The position numbers and the translations under genes were made by a program. Below are positions 1 to 11,908 of a DNA stretch of 42,843 bases, piece by piece. The stretch is from Ministeria vibrans ATCC 50519 (taxonomy: Eukaryota; Protista; Filasterea): NCBI GenBank assembly GCA_943704425.1, contig CALSCP010002404.1:1-42843 (forward strand), in the 5' to 3' direction. Each line of letters begins with the position of its first letter. Position 1 is the stretch's first letter. The notes beneath the pieces were generated by a model that was not told where the DNA came from, searched no databases, and saw nothing but the letters and a program-made list of their open reading frames with translations.

Positions 1-943
1 AAAAAAAAAGGAAAGGAAAGGAACGAGAGAGAGAGAGAGAGAGAGAAATAGAGAGAAAGAGAGAGAGAGAGAGCAGGTGGGAGGGGAGGATCATGGGCTG
101 TACCAGACTTGGAGGAGCCTGCTGACGCCATTGAAGCCGTACGCGCCCGCTTTATAGGCGGAGGAGATGAAATCTTGAACGAGAATCGACCAAAGAGTAT
201 CGACGAGCGCTGTCTGGGCGCGCGTACGCCGAAACTGAGGCAATGACCGCGAGGAGGATAAAAAAAGTGAAGAGGGAGGAAGGGCGGGGAGACTCGCGAG
301 GCACAGCAGCGGTCAAGGAGAGTGAAATGAACTGTAAAATTAATCAATCATAAATCATAATCATCAATGATCAATATCATCATATCACTTTCCTTGAAGC
401 TGGCCAGTGGCGACCCAACACTTCATATTTTCGCTACCCATTGCAGACCCTTTGCAGTATCTAGCCTATTGCTTAGTCTCTGACAGTCTGCTGTGGCCGC
501 ATAGCAAATTCGATAATTCTGTGCTGTTGCTCAGTGTCAATCATGTCCGATTCCCACACGCCTCCCGTCCTAAGCCATAAATCACCGCGCCCCAACCGCG
601 TAAGTTCGCTTCTACCCTTCTGCTTCTTCACTACAATGTTCTTTTTTTTTTTTTTTTTTTTTTTGCGACAATCTTCAATTTCCATTTGTAGCGTGCAAAC
701 ATGCCAGGACTGCGTCTTGGTGGTCTTCAGAGCGACAGTTGTCTGCAGTAAGTGTGAATGGAAGGGAGGAACTGTGTTTTTGTAAAGAGAAGTGATATTT
801 TTTTGATAAAATTCGAATTGCATTCGTTGTAGCGTTCCGCCTCCACTCTCTCCAGGCACGGGAATGGTCGTGCAGGCCCAGGCAACGACGCCGCCTGTCG
901 TCTCGCGTGGTGCGGGATTGTGTAAGTGCTTACATGATGATAA

Positions 944-1815
944 ATGGTTTCCCCTGACAACCGTGTGCATCGTTCCGTTGTCTTTGCTTCGTCTTTGCTT
1001 GCAGCCCCACCACATCGCGTTGCACGGAGCGCGACGGATGCCACGTCGCCTCTTTCGAAACGACTGGGACACTTTGCGTCGTTGCAGGACATGCGGGCCG
1101 TCGAGTCGAAGCTGGTGATCGCTGAAGACCGCGATGCGGAGGAGTCGCAGTCGCTGACATCGCCGTCGTCAGCACGCAAATCGCCGCGTGCACACGGGGC
1201 AAACGTCATGCCGTCTACAATGTACCACCATCATTGGGTGCAGCGACAACTTATGCACGAGCGGCAGCTACAAAAAGAAGAGGATCGTGAGCACGGATCG
1301 CTCTTGCCGCCCCTCGTGCCTCTCACTGACGCACAGCGTGCCATGTCTTTGGGGAGTGTCATGCTCCAGCGACATCATCCCCACCAACACCAACACCAAG
1401 CACTTAAGTTCTCACGAGACGCTCCGCACACGGTGAGCACCGCGTCGCTGTACTCGAGTGCCACGAGCATGAACAGCGACGACACAACGTACATCAGTCC
1501 GGCAAGCACAGACGATCTCACGTCATCGTCGGACGCCTCCTCACCAGCCTTCTTCCATCGTCGCATGCCTACACGAGGCAAAGAGGAAAACGCAGAGGCA
1601 GTTCGACAGGCATTGCGAGGCAACAAAGGGAGCATTGAGGGTCGACTAGACGAGAAGGAAGACGGAGAGGAAGGGGGCGAGGAAGTGCACGAGGTGTATG
1701 GCGGGCGAAAGTCACGGTTGGCAAGACTACGCTCGACCAGTGATGGTAATATGACACTGGATAGTGCGATGGTACGGCACACACAGCATCCACTACCACC
1801 GCAGCAACTGCAACC

Positions 1816-1862
<47 letters not shown>

Positions 1863-2613
1863 GCCAACAGGCCGAGCAACAGGTGAAGGGCAAGACAAAG
1901 AGGAAGAAGAAGACACGTCGGGCGCCCCGGCGACCAGGGGCGCCTCTGGGCGAGTGGGATGAAGAAGACGAAGAGGACGACGTGGCGGGCGACGAAGACG
2001 TCGACGTTGACAGCCATCAGGAAGCATTGCGAAGTATCACTTGCGCATTCGCACCCACTCAGGAGCCATCGGTGGCGGTGGTGGTGCCCTCACCACCCAC
2101 TCAGCGTGCCACAGCACAACACACACAACTCCTGTCGGCTCGCACCTTCAAGGCGAGTCGATCGGGCCGCTCCATGGCCGTGGGACGACCTGACGTGCGT
2201 GCTCTTGAACAGCAAGCCGAGTCCCCTCGTGTGTCCTCTCTTGCCTCGGCCGAACTCTCGCTTCCCACCGGCTACAGCAGCGCGCCCAACTCACCTCGTC
2301 AACACATGGAGGATCAAACAACTCTCAACAGCAGTGCTTTCATCACCCCTCTACCCCCACGCGACTCGGGCGACACACACCTTCCGCCCGTCCCGCCCAA
2401 GTCGCCCCCTACCCGTCGCCGTCTCAGTAGTTATGCCGACCCCAAACTGGCGTCGGGCCGTCCCAAAACCTTTTTCACTCAGCTTGAGGCCAGTCTTAAC
2501 GCATCATACCCCGCTCCCACCGCAACCAGTTCGCATCGACGTCAACAACCGCCCATTCCCTCATCCAGACCCGGTAAGTCGAAAGTATCCATGTGGCAGC
2601 GTACGAGGGACAA

Positions 2614-2647
<34 letters not shown>

Positions 2648-2734
2648 GAGGGAGAAAGAAACAAAGCGATAGAGAGAGAAAGGAGGAAGAAAGATACATA
2701 GAGAGAGAGAAACAAAGTGTGTGCGAGAGAGAAA

Positions 2735-2769
<35 letters not shown>

Positions 2770-2993
2770 TAGTGTGTGCGTGTGTCTGCCTGAGTGTCAG
2801 GGAATAGAAGCGCACACTCACACGTCATGTATGCATGCATCTAGAATCGGAGACAGTCCCTCCCAAACGACGCATGCTTCCGTCTTTGCCTCCCTCGGCC
2901 CGTCCCAGCTCATCACAGTCTACTGGCTCAACCGACTCAACAGCAACACGAGGAGATACAAAGGAAGAGGGAAAGCGCCAAGCATGGGTATAG
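944..2993 (+). CDS. Low-complexity S/P/Q-rich protein with polyQ tract, unknown function (2 exons)
   Basis: Long GC-rich ORF from ATG 944. Two phase-1 donors (GTAAGT 2574, GTACGA 2601) both splice across a microsatellite intron to the AG at 2844, giving ...SETVPPKRRMLPSLPP...KRQAWV* (TAG 2991-2993). Confidence 0.6.
1816..1861 (+). repeat. (CAG)n encoding polyglutamine
   Basis: Uninterrupted CAG run within the 944 ORF. Confidence 0.95.
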
Positions 2994-3139
2994 GAACAGC
3001 ACACATACACTCACACACAATGTACAAACAATTAAAATAAAAACTCCCTCGTGAGAACACCCAAAGTGTGAAGGAGAGAGAAAGGCAGAGGGGGAGGAGG
3101 CTCGTTGCGCACACGGTGAAAAAAAAATGAAAAAGTGAT

Positions 3140-4974
3140 TTACTGGAAGACATCGTCTGCGGTTGGGCAGTAGATCTTTGGGGGGTTGGACGGACTAGTG
3201 TTGGCGCCTGTGTCCTTCTTACCGACGGGCTGGAACATGTTGTTCCAAGTCATAACGGCAAACCCTTGGTGCGAGCACAGCGACGGGTGGAAACAGTCCA
3301 AGTTTGACAGGTAGTCTTCGCCCCACGTCGAGAAGTTCTCGTCTACACGAAAAAGCAGATCAAGGCATCAGAATAGTATAATTATAATATTATTATTATA
3401 ATAATTATAATTATATAATTATTATATTATATGTGTGTGGAAATATTCATGTATCGTATATTGCGCGCTTACTCTCCACGCCCGGTTGAACGACGGCAGT
3501 GAAGTTGGCGTCGCCCATCGCAGCAAACTCAGCAACAACCTTGCGCGACGCCTAAACAGAGTGTGCAGACGATTGAGTGCTACAGTCCTAGGAAGATACT
3601 CTCAGTGTAGCATACAGCGTTGTAGGCGGGCGTGACATCGTCCATGAGCTGACGCTGAGTGGCGTTCTTGTTGAGGCAATTGCACTCGTGCAGGATGGGC
3701 ACAGCCTCCTTGCAGTACAGCGTTGACTGAGCGTTCTCCCAGACGCTTGAGATGTTGAAAATGGTCATGACATTGACAAACACCTGCGAAGTGAAAATCC
3801 GGAAATCCGAGTTGGTATTTATCAGCAGGTCACTTTTTGAAGTCAAACTTTGTGCATGTGTGTGAACATATATATTATATGCTCAGCGTACATCGCGTGC
3901 TTAGTGTACTTGGTGTGCGCGTACCTTGGGAATTTCTTGACGCATCTTGGTGAGGACACCGCGGAGCTCATTCTCAAACGTCGCCGGCTTATCCTTCTCT
4001 CGGTTCGCATCGCAGGCTCCGCAAATGTTGTTTGCACCCTAGCCAATGTGTTAGAATTCAAATCGACGTGTATTGTCTGGTGTCTTACAATGAAAAGAGT
4101 CACCATTTTCCACTCGTCCTTGACACTCTTGTACTCGCCGTTGAGAAGTTCGACCATTCGATCAATCTGGGCGGGGACGTCCTGGATGACAGCGCCCGAC
4201 ACAGCCGTATTGAGACCCTACAGAGACCAATTGTGTGTGTGTGTGAGCTTTTTTCTGTGAGGAGAGGAGAGGAAGGCGGCACCTTTCCGCGCTTCGTCAG
4301 GGGAATGGTCGTGCCAGTGCATCCGCCCTGGATGTCGGGGCTGTACTGCTTGAGGAAGTTGTGCACCGTGTGCGATCCGAGCCCGGTGAAGTCGTCTCCG
4401 CCCGTCTGGTGCGACACCCCGCGGAACTCTGCAGCACACACGGACAAGGAAAGGGAGTCAGCGAGTACAGCGGCAGAGCAATGCGAAACAGCAAACAAGT
4501 CAAACAAAAAAGAGGCGAAAACAAAACTGAGTGTGTGGTCACTCAGCGAAGGAACACTCACAGACGTGCACATGTACAGCAACAACACGTAACATTAGGC
4601 TCAGGGAGAGACGTGCACAGTCGCTAGGAGCCTCTCTGCGCAACGTCACGGGAACAAACATTTTTTTTTTTTTTTTTTTTTTTTTTTAGTGTTGTGTGTG
4701 TGTGTGTCAATGAATTTTGTGTTGTGTGTGTGTGTGGGTGTGTGTGTGTTTTCGTACCGAGCGGCTCATCGCCAACGGCAGCGAAGGCGGCAGTGATGGA
4801 ATCACCCAGGGCACCAATGGCCTTGATGTTTCCCGGTCGGAGTTGGCGCACATTCGCAGCGGGAGGGGGAGTGGGGAGTTGGGGGCAGTTGAAGGGCGCA
4901 AGGCCGGGCGCGGGGCATTTGTAGTCGGCACGGGCCACGGCCACGACCGCTGCAATGACGATCAGTCGGAGCAT
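3140..4974 (-). CDS. PLB1: Secreted phospholipase B1-like SGNH/GDSL lipase (about 7 exons)
   Basis: Signal peptide MLRLIVIAAVVAVARA; LRPGNIKAIGALGDSITA (block I Ser); NTAVSGA; WKMVTLFI|GANNIC; C-terminal LDCFHPS (Asp/His); GT-AG introns keep the frame; stop at 3140-3142. Confidence 0.88.
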
Positions 4975-5240
4975 AGTGAAATATTGTAAATATATTTTAT
5001 TTCATTTATTTGTTTTGACTTCTGAAATTTGAAGTTTTTATCATCATACACTTCATATGGAATAACAACCAGCCCGCAATCAACAAGAGGCCTCCTACAC
5101 GCCATAATTTACGCCCCATCCACTCGGTAGCCTTCAAGGCTTCCGCAAGTAAGTGTATAGGGTGCCAGAGACGTTTCTTCTTCTCTCTCTGATCAGTCCT
5201 TACGTTGTCTCAGATTTTTAATTCTTTATATACAAGTGCG

Positions 5241-5584
5241 ATGAACAGCGACCAGATGGATGAACAAACGGCGTTTGAGATGGAGCGTGCTCACTTAATA
5301 AGCGAAATCACTCAGGTTTGAAAACGACACATTTTGACAGTTTCCCTCAAATGAGCCTCATCTCGTTGCCGATTTACGTTCTCACCGCACTACAGGGACT
5401 AAATGACATGGCGTCGAACATGACCAAGCTTGACGAGCAGCTCAAGAGTCTGTGTGCGTCAAACGAACCGCTTGAGGAAATTTCCAAAAAGTGGACGGCA
5501 CTTCAAGAGCGGGTTGCTGCCATCTCTGCCATGTCGACGACGACGTCTTCATCTGCATCGACGACGGCCGGAAGAGGGCGTTGA
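5241..5584 (+). CDS. DAD1: DASH/Dam1 kinetochore complex subunit Dad1-like (exons 5241-5315, 5396-5584)
   Basis: Spliced product MNSDQMDEQTAFEMERAHLISEITQ|GLNDMASNMTKLDEQLKSLCASNEPLEEISKKWTALQE... matches the recalled Dad1 pattern FExxRxxLIxEIxxxxxxxxxNxxxLxxxLxS...W; phase-0 GT-AG intron 5316-5395. Confidence 0.72.
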
Positions 5585-5679
5585 AGCAAGGCCTATGTGT
5601 GTCTTTTCAGCTGAAGTTGTACATTTTGTATTGTTATTACAATATTCTTGTTATTTCCTCGTAATCACAAATTTTAATC

Positions 5680-6938
5680 ATGAGCGACCTCCAGCAACTC
5701 CTCGACATGGGCTTCCCCGAGAACCGGGCGAAGCGTGCCCTTCAAAAGACCAGCAACGGCGGGGTCCAAGTGGCGATGGACTGGATCTTTGCGCACGATC
5801 AAGATCCCGACATTGACGATCCCGTCCAGGACGCTCCGGCAGCACACGCCTTGGGAACGGCCGCATCGTCGTCGGCTGCCGCCTCGGCTGGCGTCGCTGC
5901 TGCCCCCGCCGGTACAGCAGACGACACATCTGCAAAATCGCTGACTTGTCAAGAGTGTGGCAAGAAATTGCGCACATCGACCGATGTCCAGCTCCATGCA
6001 GGTACAGAACTCTTCTGCAACATGCAGACTGCTCTCGGTGTGGCGGCGTTCGTGTTGTTGTCGTTGTTGTCTTTTGCGATGTTCGTGAACAATTCCGTCA
6101 CTCAACCCTCATTCTGCCTTGGTGCGCTCGTCTCCTTGGGCTGCAGCCAAATCGGGACACACCAACTTTGCAGAGTCGACGGAAGAGATCAAGCCGTTGA
6201 CGGCGGAAGAGAAAGCGGCGAAGATTGAGGCGCTGCGGGAGCGGATGCGCGAAAAGCGCGCAGCGGAAACGCAGGAGACGCGCGCAGAGCAGATTGCGAA
6301 GGAGAAGATGCGCCGAATGCAAGGGAAGGATGTGCAAGAGGCCCGTCGACAGCACGAAATGGAGGAAATGCGAAAGGCAGCAGAGCAGAAGAAGCGCGAA
6401 AAAGCCGAAGAGTTGGCAGGTCAGTCGCGGTTTCAATTCCGCTTTTGTTGTTTTGATTTGTTTGTTTCTTTCTTTCGTGATGAGAATAGCACGCAATCGA
6501 GCACGCAAGCTGATTGAAGACGACAAGAAACGACGTCGAGAGGACGCAGAAGCAGCAAAAGCCGCACGTCTGGGCCAAACCGCCACGCCGACAGCCACAG
6601 CAGCAGCAGCAGCAACAACTACAGGACAAAGTGCCTCTGAATCGGTCGCGACAGTCGCCGCACCTGCCAAGGAATACACGGAGAGTCGTCTTCAAATTCG
6701 TCAACCGGACGGGCCCCCTCTCGTCCACACCTTCCCTGTCAGCACCACCATCGGCGACTTGTACACCTTCCTGCACCAACACCGTTCGTCATCGCCTGCC
6801 ACCGTCTCCCTCGCCCTCTCCACTACCTTTCCCCGTCGCGTCTTTTCCTCCGACGCTGATCTCACTCTCACTCTCACCCAGGCTCAGCTTGTTCCCTCTG
6901 CAGCCCTTGTTCTCACAACAAAGCCTCTTCCTCAGTGA
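5680..6938 (+). CDS. UBXN1: UBXN1/SAKS1-like p97/Cdc48 cofactor (UBA, C2H2 Zn finger, coiled coil, UBX; 3 exons)
   Basis: UBA LLDMGFPENRAKRAL; CQECGK...LHA|AKSGHTNFAESTEEIKPLT; charged coiled coil; UBX SRLQIRQPDG...TTFPRRVF...LVPSAAL; introns near 6002-6147 and 6420-6489. Confidence 0.9.
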
Positions 6939-7045
6939 GAATGGTTTTTATAATAATTTAAAACATTAATAATTATTGCTTTTGTTTTTTGTTTTTTGTT
7001 TTTTGTTTTTTTGTACACAAAGTCGATTTCACGATTTTCTTGAAC

Positions 7046-8632
7046 TTAATCGAGCATCTTTGCATCGAGGACCCACACAAACGCCTTTGTTTGGGCAGCA
7101 ACAATGCGTTGAGGCACATCGGGAACAACCGCGAGGGAAGTGGGGGTGAAGCCAAGGTAGACACGCGACGCAAGCACACCCGTCTGCGTGTCGTATGCGT
7201 GCAAAGCGGGTGTGCCTGCGCCAATGGCAATGAGCGACGCACCGTTGCGGTGAAAGACGGGTGATGTAAGCGAGCCCTGCTGACCGCGACGGTCGTGCTC
7301 GGCAAACGTGAAGAGGGGCGTTGCAGGTTGTCGCAAGTCGTGCAGTTTGATGGTGTGATCGAGGGAACTGGTGAAGAGAGTGTGGTCGCTGTGCGGTGCA
7401 AACCCTAGTGCACTACATGCTTTGGTGTGAATGTCAAGCATCTCAATGGCGACACTGGAGGTACGCGTGTCAAAGAGACGCAGAGCACGGTCGTTGCCAC
7501 ACGCGCCAAAGGTGTGAGGATCACGCCAGCGCACACACTTTAGCACTGAGTCACTCACGTCCATCACTTGTTCGACTGCAAGTGCACTCGAGCGCACATT
7601 TGTAATGGCGACAGTGCCATTCTTGCTTGCGGTTGCCACGCGCCCCGTGCTGGGTTCAAGGGACAGAGAGAAGAGACCGGCCTTGGCGTCGTCGTGGACG
7701 CGTCCACGCGACAGAGGCACCAGCTCCGTGTTGTCCTTTTCGAGACGCGACACAATAAGGTAGCCGTCGTCGGCGCTCGACAAAAGTGTTGTCGGGTCGT
7801 AGAAGGTGACCTCAGAGACCCAACGAGCGTGCAGCTTACACGCCAGCAGGGGTTCGCGCACGAGAGAGGAGGAGGGTGTCGATGAGGTGCGATACAGCGA
7901 CACAAAACCCATGCCCCCTGCAACGGCAAGGAGGTCGTCGTGTACGCTGGTCGAGTAGACGGCATGATTGTGGCCACTGCAGGCACACTGACACAGTCCC
8001 GACTCGAGAAGTTCGTCGGGCGCAGCAAACACATCACAGGCACTGCCCGCCACATTCGGCAAGGGAGTGCCGAGCATGACAGGCGATGGCGGTCGACGCG
8101 GAGCAGCGGGCTCGACAGACTCCGACGTGCTCGCAGCCGTTGTCGCCGACGAAGGTGGGATCTGTTGAAGACGGCTCGAGCGACGCACAAACAAGTCGCC
8201 GCTGTCGTCGTTGTCGCGAACGCGCTTTTTGGGCTGTTTGGGTTTTGCTTTGGATGCGGTCGCTGGCGACGCGCCTGCAGCCGTGACGGTTGCAGCGGTG
8301 CTCGCAAGCCCAAGGCGCGCCAGCAGCTCGTTGTTTCGTCGAATGTTGGCAAGGCGAGCTGCTTCAAAGTCGAGCGGAGGGGAAGGAGGCACATCACACA
8401 GCGCAACAGACAGAGACGGAGGCACATCACCCAGCGCAGCAGACGGAGGAGGAGACGGCGAGGGCAATGTGGCGGGCGGAGGAGGGGAAGGCAGGAGCAC
8501 GGTGGCGGGTGGAGAGGGAGAGCGTGATGCGACGGATGGAGGAGGAGAGCGCGTTGGATTTGACTTTGGCGCGCTTTCTGAGTTTTTGCGCACAAGCCAC
8601 CGATCGAGCGGACCACGGCCGGCAGTGAGCAT
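7046..8632 (-). CDS. WD40-repeat protein, WDR76/Cmr1-like
   Basis: Single 528-aa ORF with the N-terminal motif FEAARLANIRRNNELLARLGL and RRSSRL typical of WDR76/Cmr1, followed by WD40 repeats (LLSSADDG, ATASKNG, FTSSLDHTIKLHDLR). Confidence 0.75.
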   Translation of the reverse strand: MLTAGRGPLDRWLVRKNSESAPKSNPTRSPPPSVASRSPSPPATVLLPSPPPPATLPSPSPPPSAALGDVPPSLSVALCDVPPSPPLDFEAARLANIRRNNELLARLGLASTAATVTAAGASPATASKAKPKQPKKRVRDNDDSGDLFVRRSSRLQQIPPSSATTAASTSESVEPAAPRRPPSPVMLGTPLPNVAGSACDVFAAPDELLESGLCQCACSGHNHAVYSTSVHDDLLAVAGGMGFVSLYRTSSTPSSSLVREPLLACKLHARWVSEVTFYDPTTLLSSADDGYLIVSRLEKDNTELVPLSRGRVHDDAKAGLFSLSLEPSTGRVATASKNGTVAITNVRSSALAVEQVMDVSDSVLKCVRWRDPHTFGACGNDRALRLFDTRTSSVAIEMLDIHTKACSALGFAPHSDHTLFTSSLDHTIKLHDLRQPATPLFTFAEHDRRGQQGSLTSPVFHRNGASLIAIGAGTPALHAYDTQTGVLASRVYLGFTPTSLAVVPDVPQRIVAAQTKAFVWVLDAKMLD

Positions 8633-8921
8633 TGTATATGACTATTATACTGTCGAAAAAAGAAAAAGATAAGAAATAAGAATAAAGAATTTAGTTGTTA
8701 TTATAATTATATGTTTTGTACAATGTCTTGTGTTGACTGTTGACAATAGACATAATGATATTGATTATTGGTCATTGAGTACAGCGCTCGGCTCTCTGTT
8801 ATTATTATTATTATTCTTTCAGTATGAGTTTCCTAGATCATTATTTCACAATTTCTATTCACTATCAATCATTTTTTTTGTTAAGCTGATTTGTTGTCGT
8901 CTCGCCTGGTCATAGTCCATC

Positions 8922-11505
8922 ATGAGCTCTTCAAAAAGCCCTCCAAATTTTTGTACAGACTGAGAGTGGTGTTTTTTTTTTCATTTTCGGTTCGTTTCGT
9001 TTTTTCCGCCTCGCTCTCTTTCCGCTGTCGTTCCCTCGCGCCATCCTTCATACTGTGCGACTTATCCGTCTCTGTTTTGTTCTTGTTCGTCTCTCTCTCT
9101 CGCTCTCTGCAGCGTTTGACTACGTTTCGCGCAATCCGGTCGATGACGAGCTTCTGTGCCACATTTGCCATCAGCCGCTCGTTGACCCGCGAATGCTCGC
9201 CTGCGAGCACATGTTCTGCGCCGTGTGCCTGCAAAGCGCCCTCGCCCAAAAGCTCGCGTGCCCCGTCGATCGGAAGCCCGTCGTGCCGCAGGAAGACGTC
9301 AAGCCTGTGGCGAGTCCCTTCCTGAAACTACTGGGCAAGTCCAAAGTGTACTGCTCGAACAAAGCCAGCGGATGCGACTGGGTTGGGCCTCGCAGCAATC
9401 TGCTGACGGACCATTTGCCCGGCTGTGATCAGACGCCATGTGCCCATCGCGAGGCGGGGTGCAGCTGGACCGGGCGAGCACAGGCGATGGCGGCACATGT
9501 TGCGTCTGACTGTGTCGCCGCACCCGTCGCCTGTCCACACGTCCGCGACGGTTGCACAGAGAAGGTGCGACGAGATGCACTGGAGGAACACGAAGTGTCG
9601 TGTGAGGTTGGCGCGCGAGTGCACGCGGAGGCTATGGTGCGCGAAGAGGCGGAGCGAGCGGAGGCCAAGGCGGCGGCGGTACGAGAAGCGCACGAACGAC
9701 GTGTCGAGGCGCGCAAGGCGCTCTGCAGCCGACTCAACCCCAAGAGTACAGAAGTGGTGACGATGAACGTTGGTGGACGTGTCTTTCAGACTTCTCTTGC
9801 GACACTGCGTGGCGAGTCAGAGTCAGTGTTGGCGCAGCTGTTTGCCTCGGGTGAGGTGGACGTGCTGGAGCGCGACGAGACAGGCCGCGTCTTCCTCGAC
9901 TGCGACCCGGACGCGTTTGCGCTTGTGTTGCGGTGGTTGCGCTCAGGAGTGGTTCCGATTGTCACGAGCGAGACGACACTTGACAATGTCATGAGTCTTG
10001 CGCGTCTGCTGGACCTCGACCGACTTGTGGTTGGCCTCGGCGGTGAGCTGAGTGATGACGAGGCGGAGGAGGAGGAGGATGAAGAGGAGGAAAATAGTAT
10101 GTCGACGGTGGTTTCTGCATCTGCATCTGCACGCACACGTGTTACACCGATCTCAACGAATGTACCGGTGAGGGCGGTGCCGCGTGCAAAGACACAGCGC
10201 CAGCAGATGGAGTTGCTTCAGCTGATTGCTTTGTTTAAAAGTGGTCAGCAACAGGTGTCGCTGGCTGGCATGGACCTGCGTGGCTACCACTTGGCTGGCA
10301 TGGACCTCTCGTGTGGCAAGAAAGGGGCGTGTCTGCGCGGTGCAGTGTTGGCGAACATGGACCTGTCGGGTGTGCAGCTCAAGGGTGCAGACTTATGCAA
10401 TGTTGATCTCGGTGGTTGCACGCTGAGCGGCGCCGATTTGAGTGATGCGAACATGACTGATTCAACCCTCAATGGTGCAGACCTGACGGGTGCGAACCTC
10501 ACTGACTCGAACCTCACTGGCGCAAATCTTACTGGTGCGACGATTGACTGGTCGCGCATGGCCAACACACTCACTGGAGTCGATCTGTCAGGTCATGACC
10601 TCTCAGGCGTTGACTTGTCCTCGAAGGATTTGACTGGCGCGAACCTCACTGGCGCGAACCTCACTGGCGCGAACCTCACTGGCGCGACGATTGACTGGTC
10701 GCGCATGCCCAACACACTCACTGGAGTCAATCTGTCAGGTCATGACCTCTCAGGCGTTGACTTGTCCTCGAAGGATTTGACTGGCGCGAACCTCACTGGC
10801 GCGACGATTGACTGGTCGCGCATGGCCAACACACTCACTGGAGTCAATCTGTCAGGTCATGACCTCTCAGGCGTTGACTTGTCCTCGAAGGATTTGACTG
10901 GCGCGAACCTCACTGGCGCGACGATTGACTGGTCGCGCATGGCCAACACACTCACTGGCGTCAATCTGTCAGGTCATGACCTCTCAGGCGTTGACTTGTC
11001 CTCGAAGGATTTGACTGGCGCGAACCTCACTGGCGCGACGATTGACTGGTCGCGCATGGCCAACACACTCACTGGAGTCAATCTGTCAGGTCATGACCTC
11101 TCAGGCGTTGACTTGTCCTCGAAGGATTTGACTGGCGCGAACCTCACTGGCACGACGATTGACTGGTCGCGCATGGCCAACACACTCACTGGAGTCAATC
11201 TGTCAGGTCATGACCTCTCAGGCGTTGACTTGTCCTCGAAGGATTTGACTGGCGCGAACCTCACTGGCGCGAACCTCACTGGCGCGAACCTCACTGGCGC
11301 AATTCTTACCAACGCATATCTCACCAACGCAACTGTGACAAATGTGACACCTCCTTCGCCACTTAAATGTCCAAACTGTCATGGCCCTGCCACTGTAATT
11401 AAAATCACTGTCAAGAGTTCCTCCCGAGGCCGAAACGATTATCTCGTGAGCTACGGTTGGTTGTGGGGCACTTGTGCCACTCACACAGACTACTCTTACT
11501 TCTAA
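8922..11505 (+). CDS. RING + TRAF-type Zn fingers + KCTD-type BTB + pentapeptide repeats + C-terminal CxxC motif
   Basis: Proposed first exon 8922-8952 (MSSSKSPPNF) and intron 8953-9112. RING CHICHQP...CEHMFCAVC...CPVD; TRAF-like VYCSNKASGCDW...H...C and CPHVRDGC; BTB MNVGGRVFQTSLATL...FLDCDPDAFALVLRWLRSG; A(N/D)LTG repeats. Confidence 0.85.
10540..11300 (+). repeat. Six near-identical 117-bp (39-aa) coding tandem repeats with nested 15-bp units
   Basis: ACGATTGACTGG recurs at 10540, 10687, 10804, 10921, 11038 and 11155. The period is 117; the first gap is 147 (117 + 2x15). Confidence 0.95.
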
Positions 11506-11779
11506 TGCACACATCTTCTGAATATACAAATCACACTCAGTGTCTCGTCTGTAGTTTTTTTTTCTTTTTCTCTTTTCTCTTTTTTTTTTCTCTCCTGCTC
11601 GTTTTTCTTCTTTTGTTGTCACACACACGCTCAGTTTTTTTTATAATGTATTTAACTGATTCGGTCATTTTTGATTCTGTCGTTCTTTCTGAGCTATTTG
11701 TGTGTTGTTGACTTTCGTTTGTGAGTGATGATCATTAATAATTATTATTACTTTTCTTCCAAAATTTTATTACTTCTCT

Positions 11780-11821
<42 letters not shown>

Positions 11822-11908
11822 TATTATTGTTCTTTTTACACTAATAAAAATTATTATTAATAACACTAATAATTATAATACTACTAATTATTTACAAACC
11901 ACTTAATT

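Noticed and set aside
104-440. Possible minus-strand 5' exons of a gene leaving the window
   Set aside because: Splice-like boundaries exist, but more than one frame is open and no homology is recognisable, so it is too uncertain to call.
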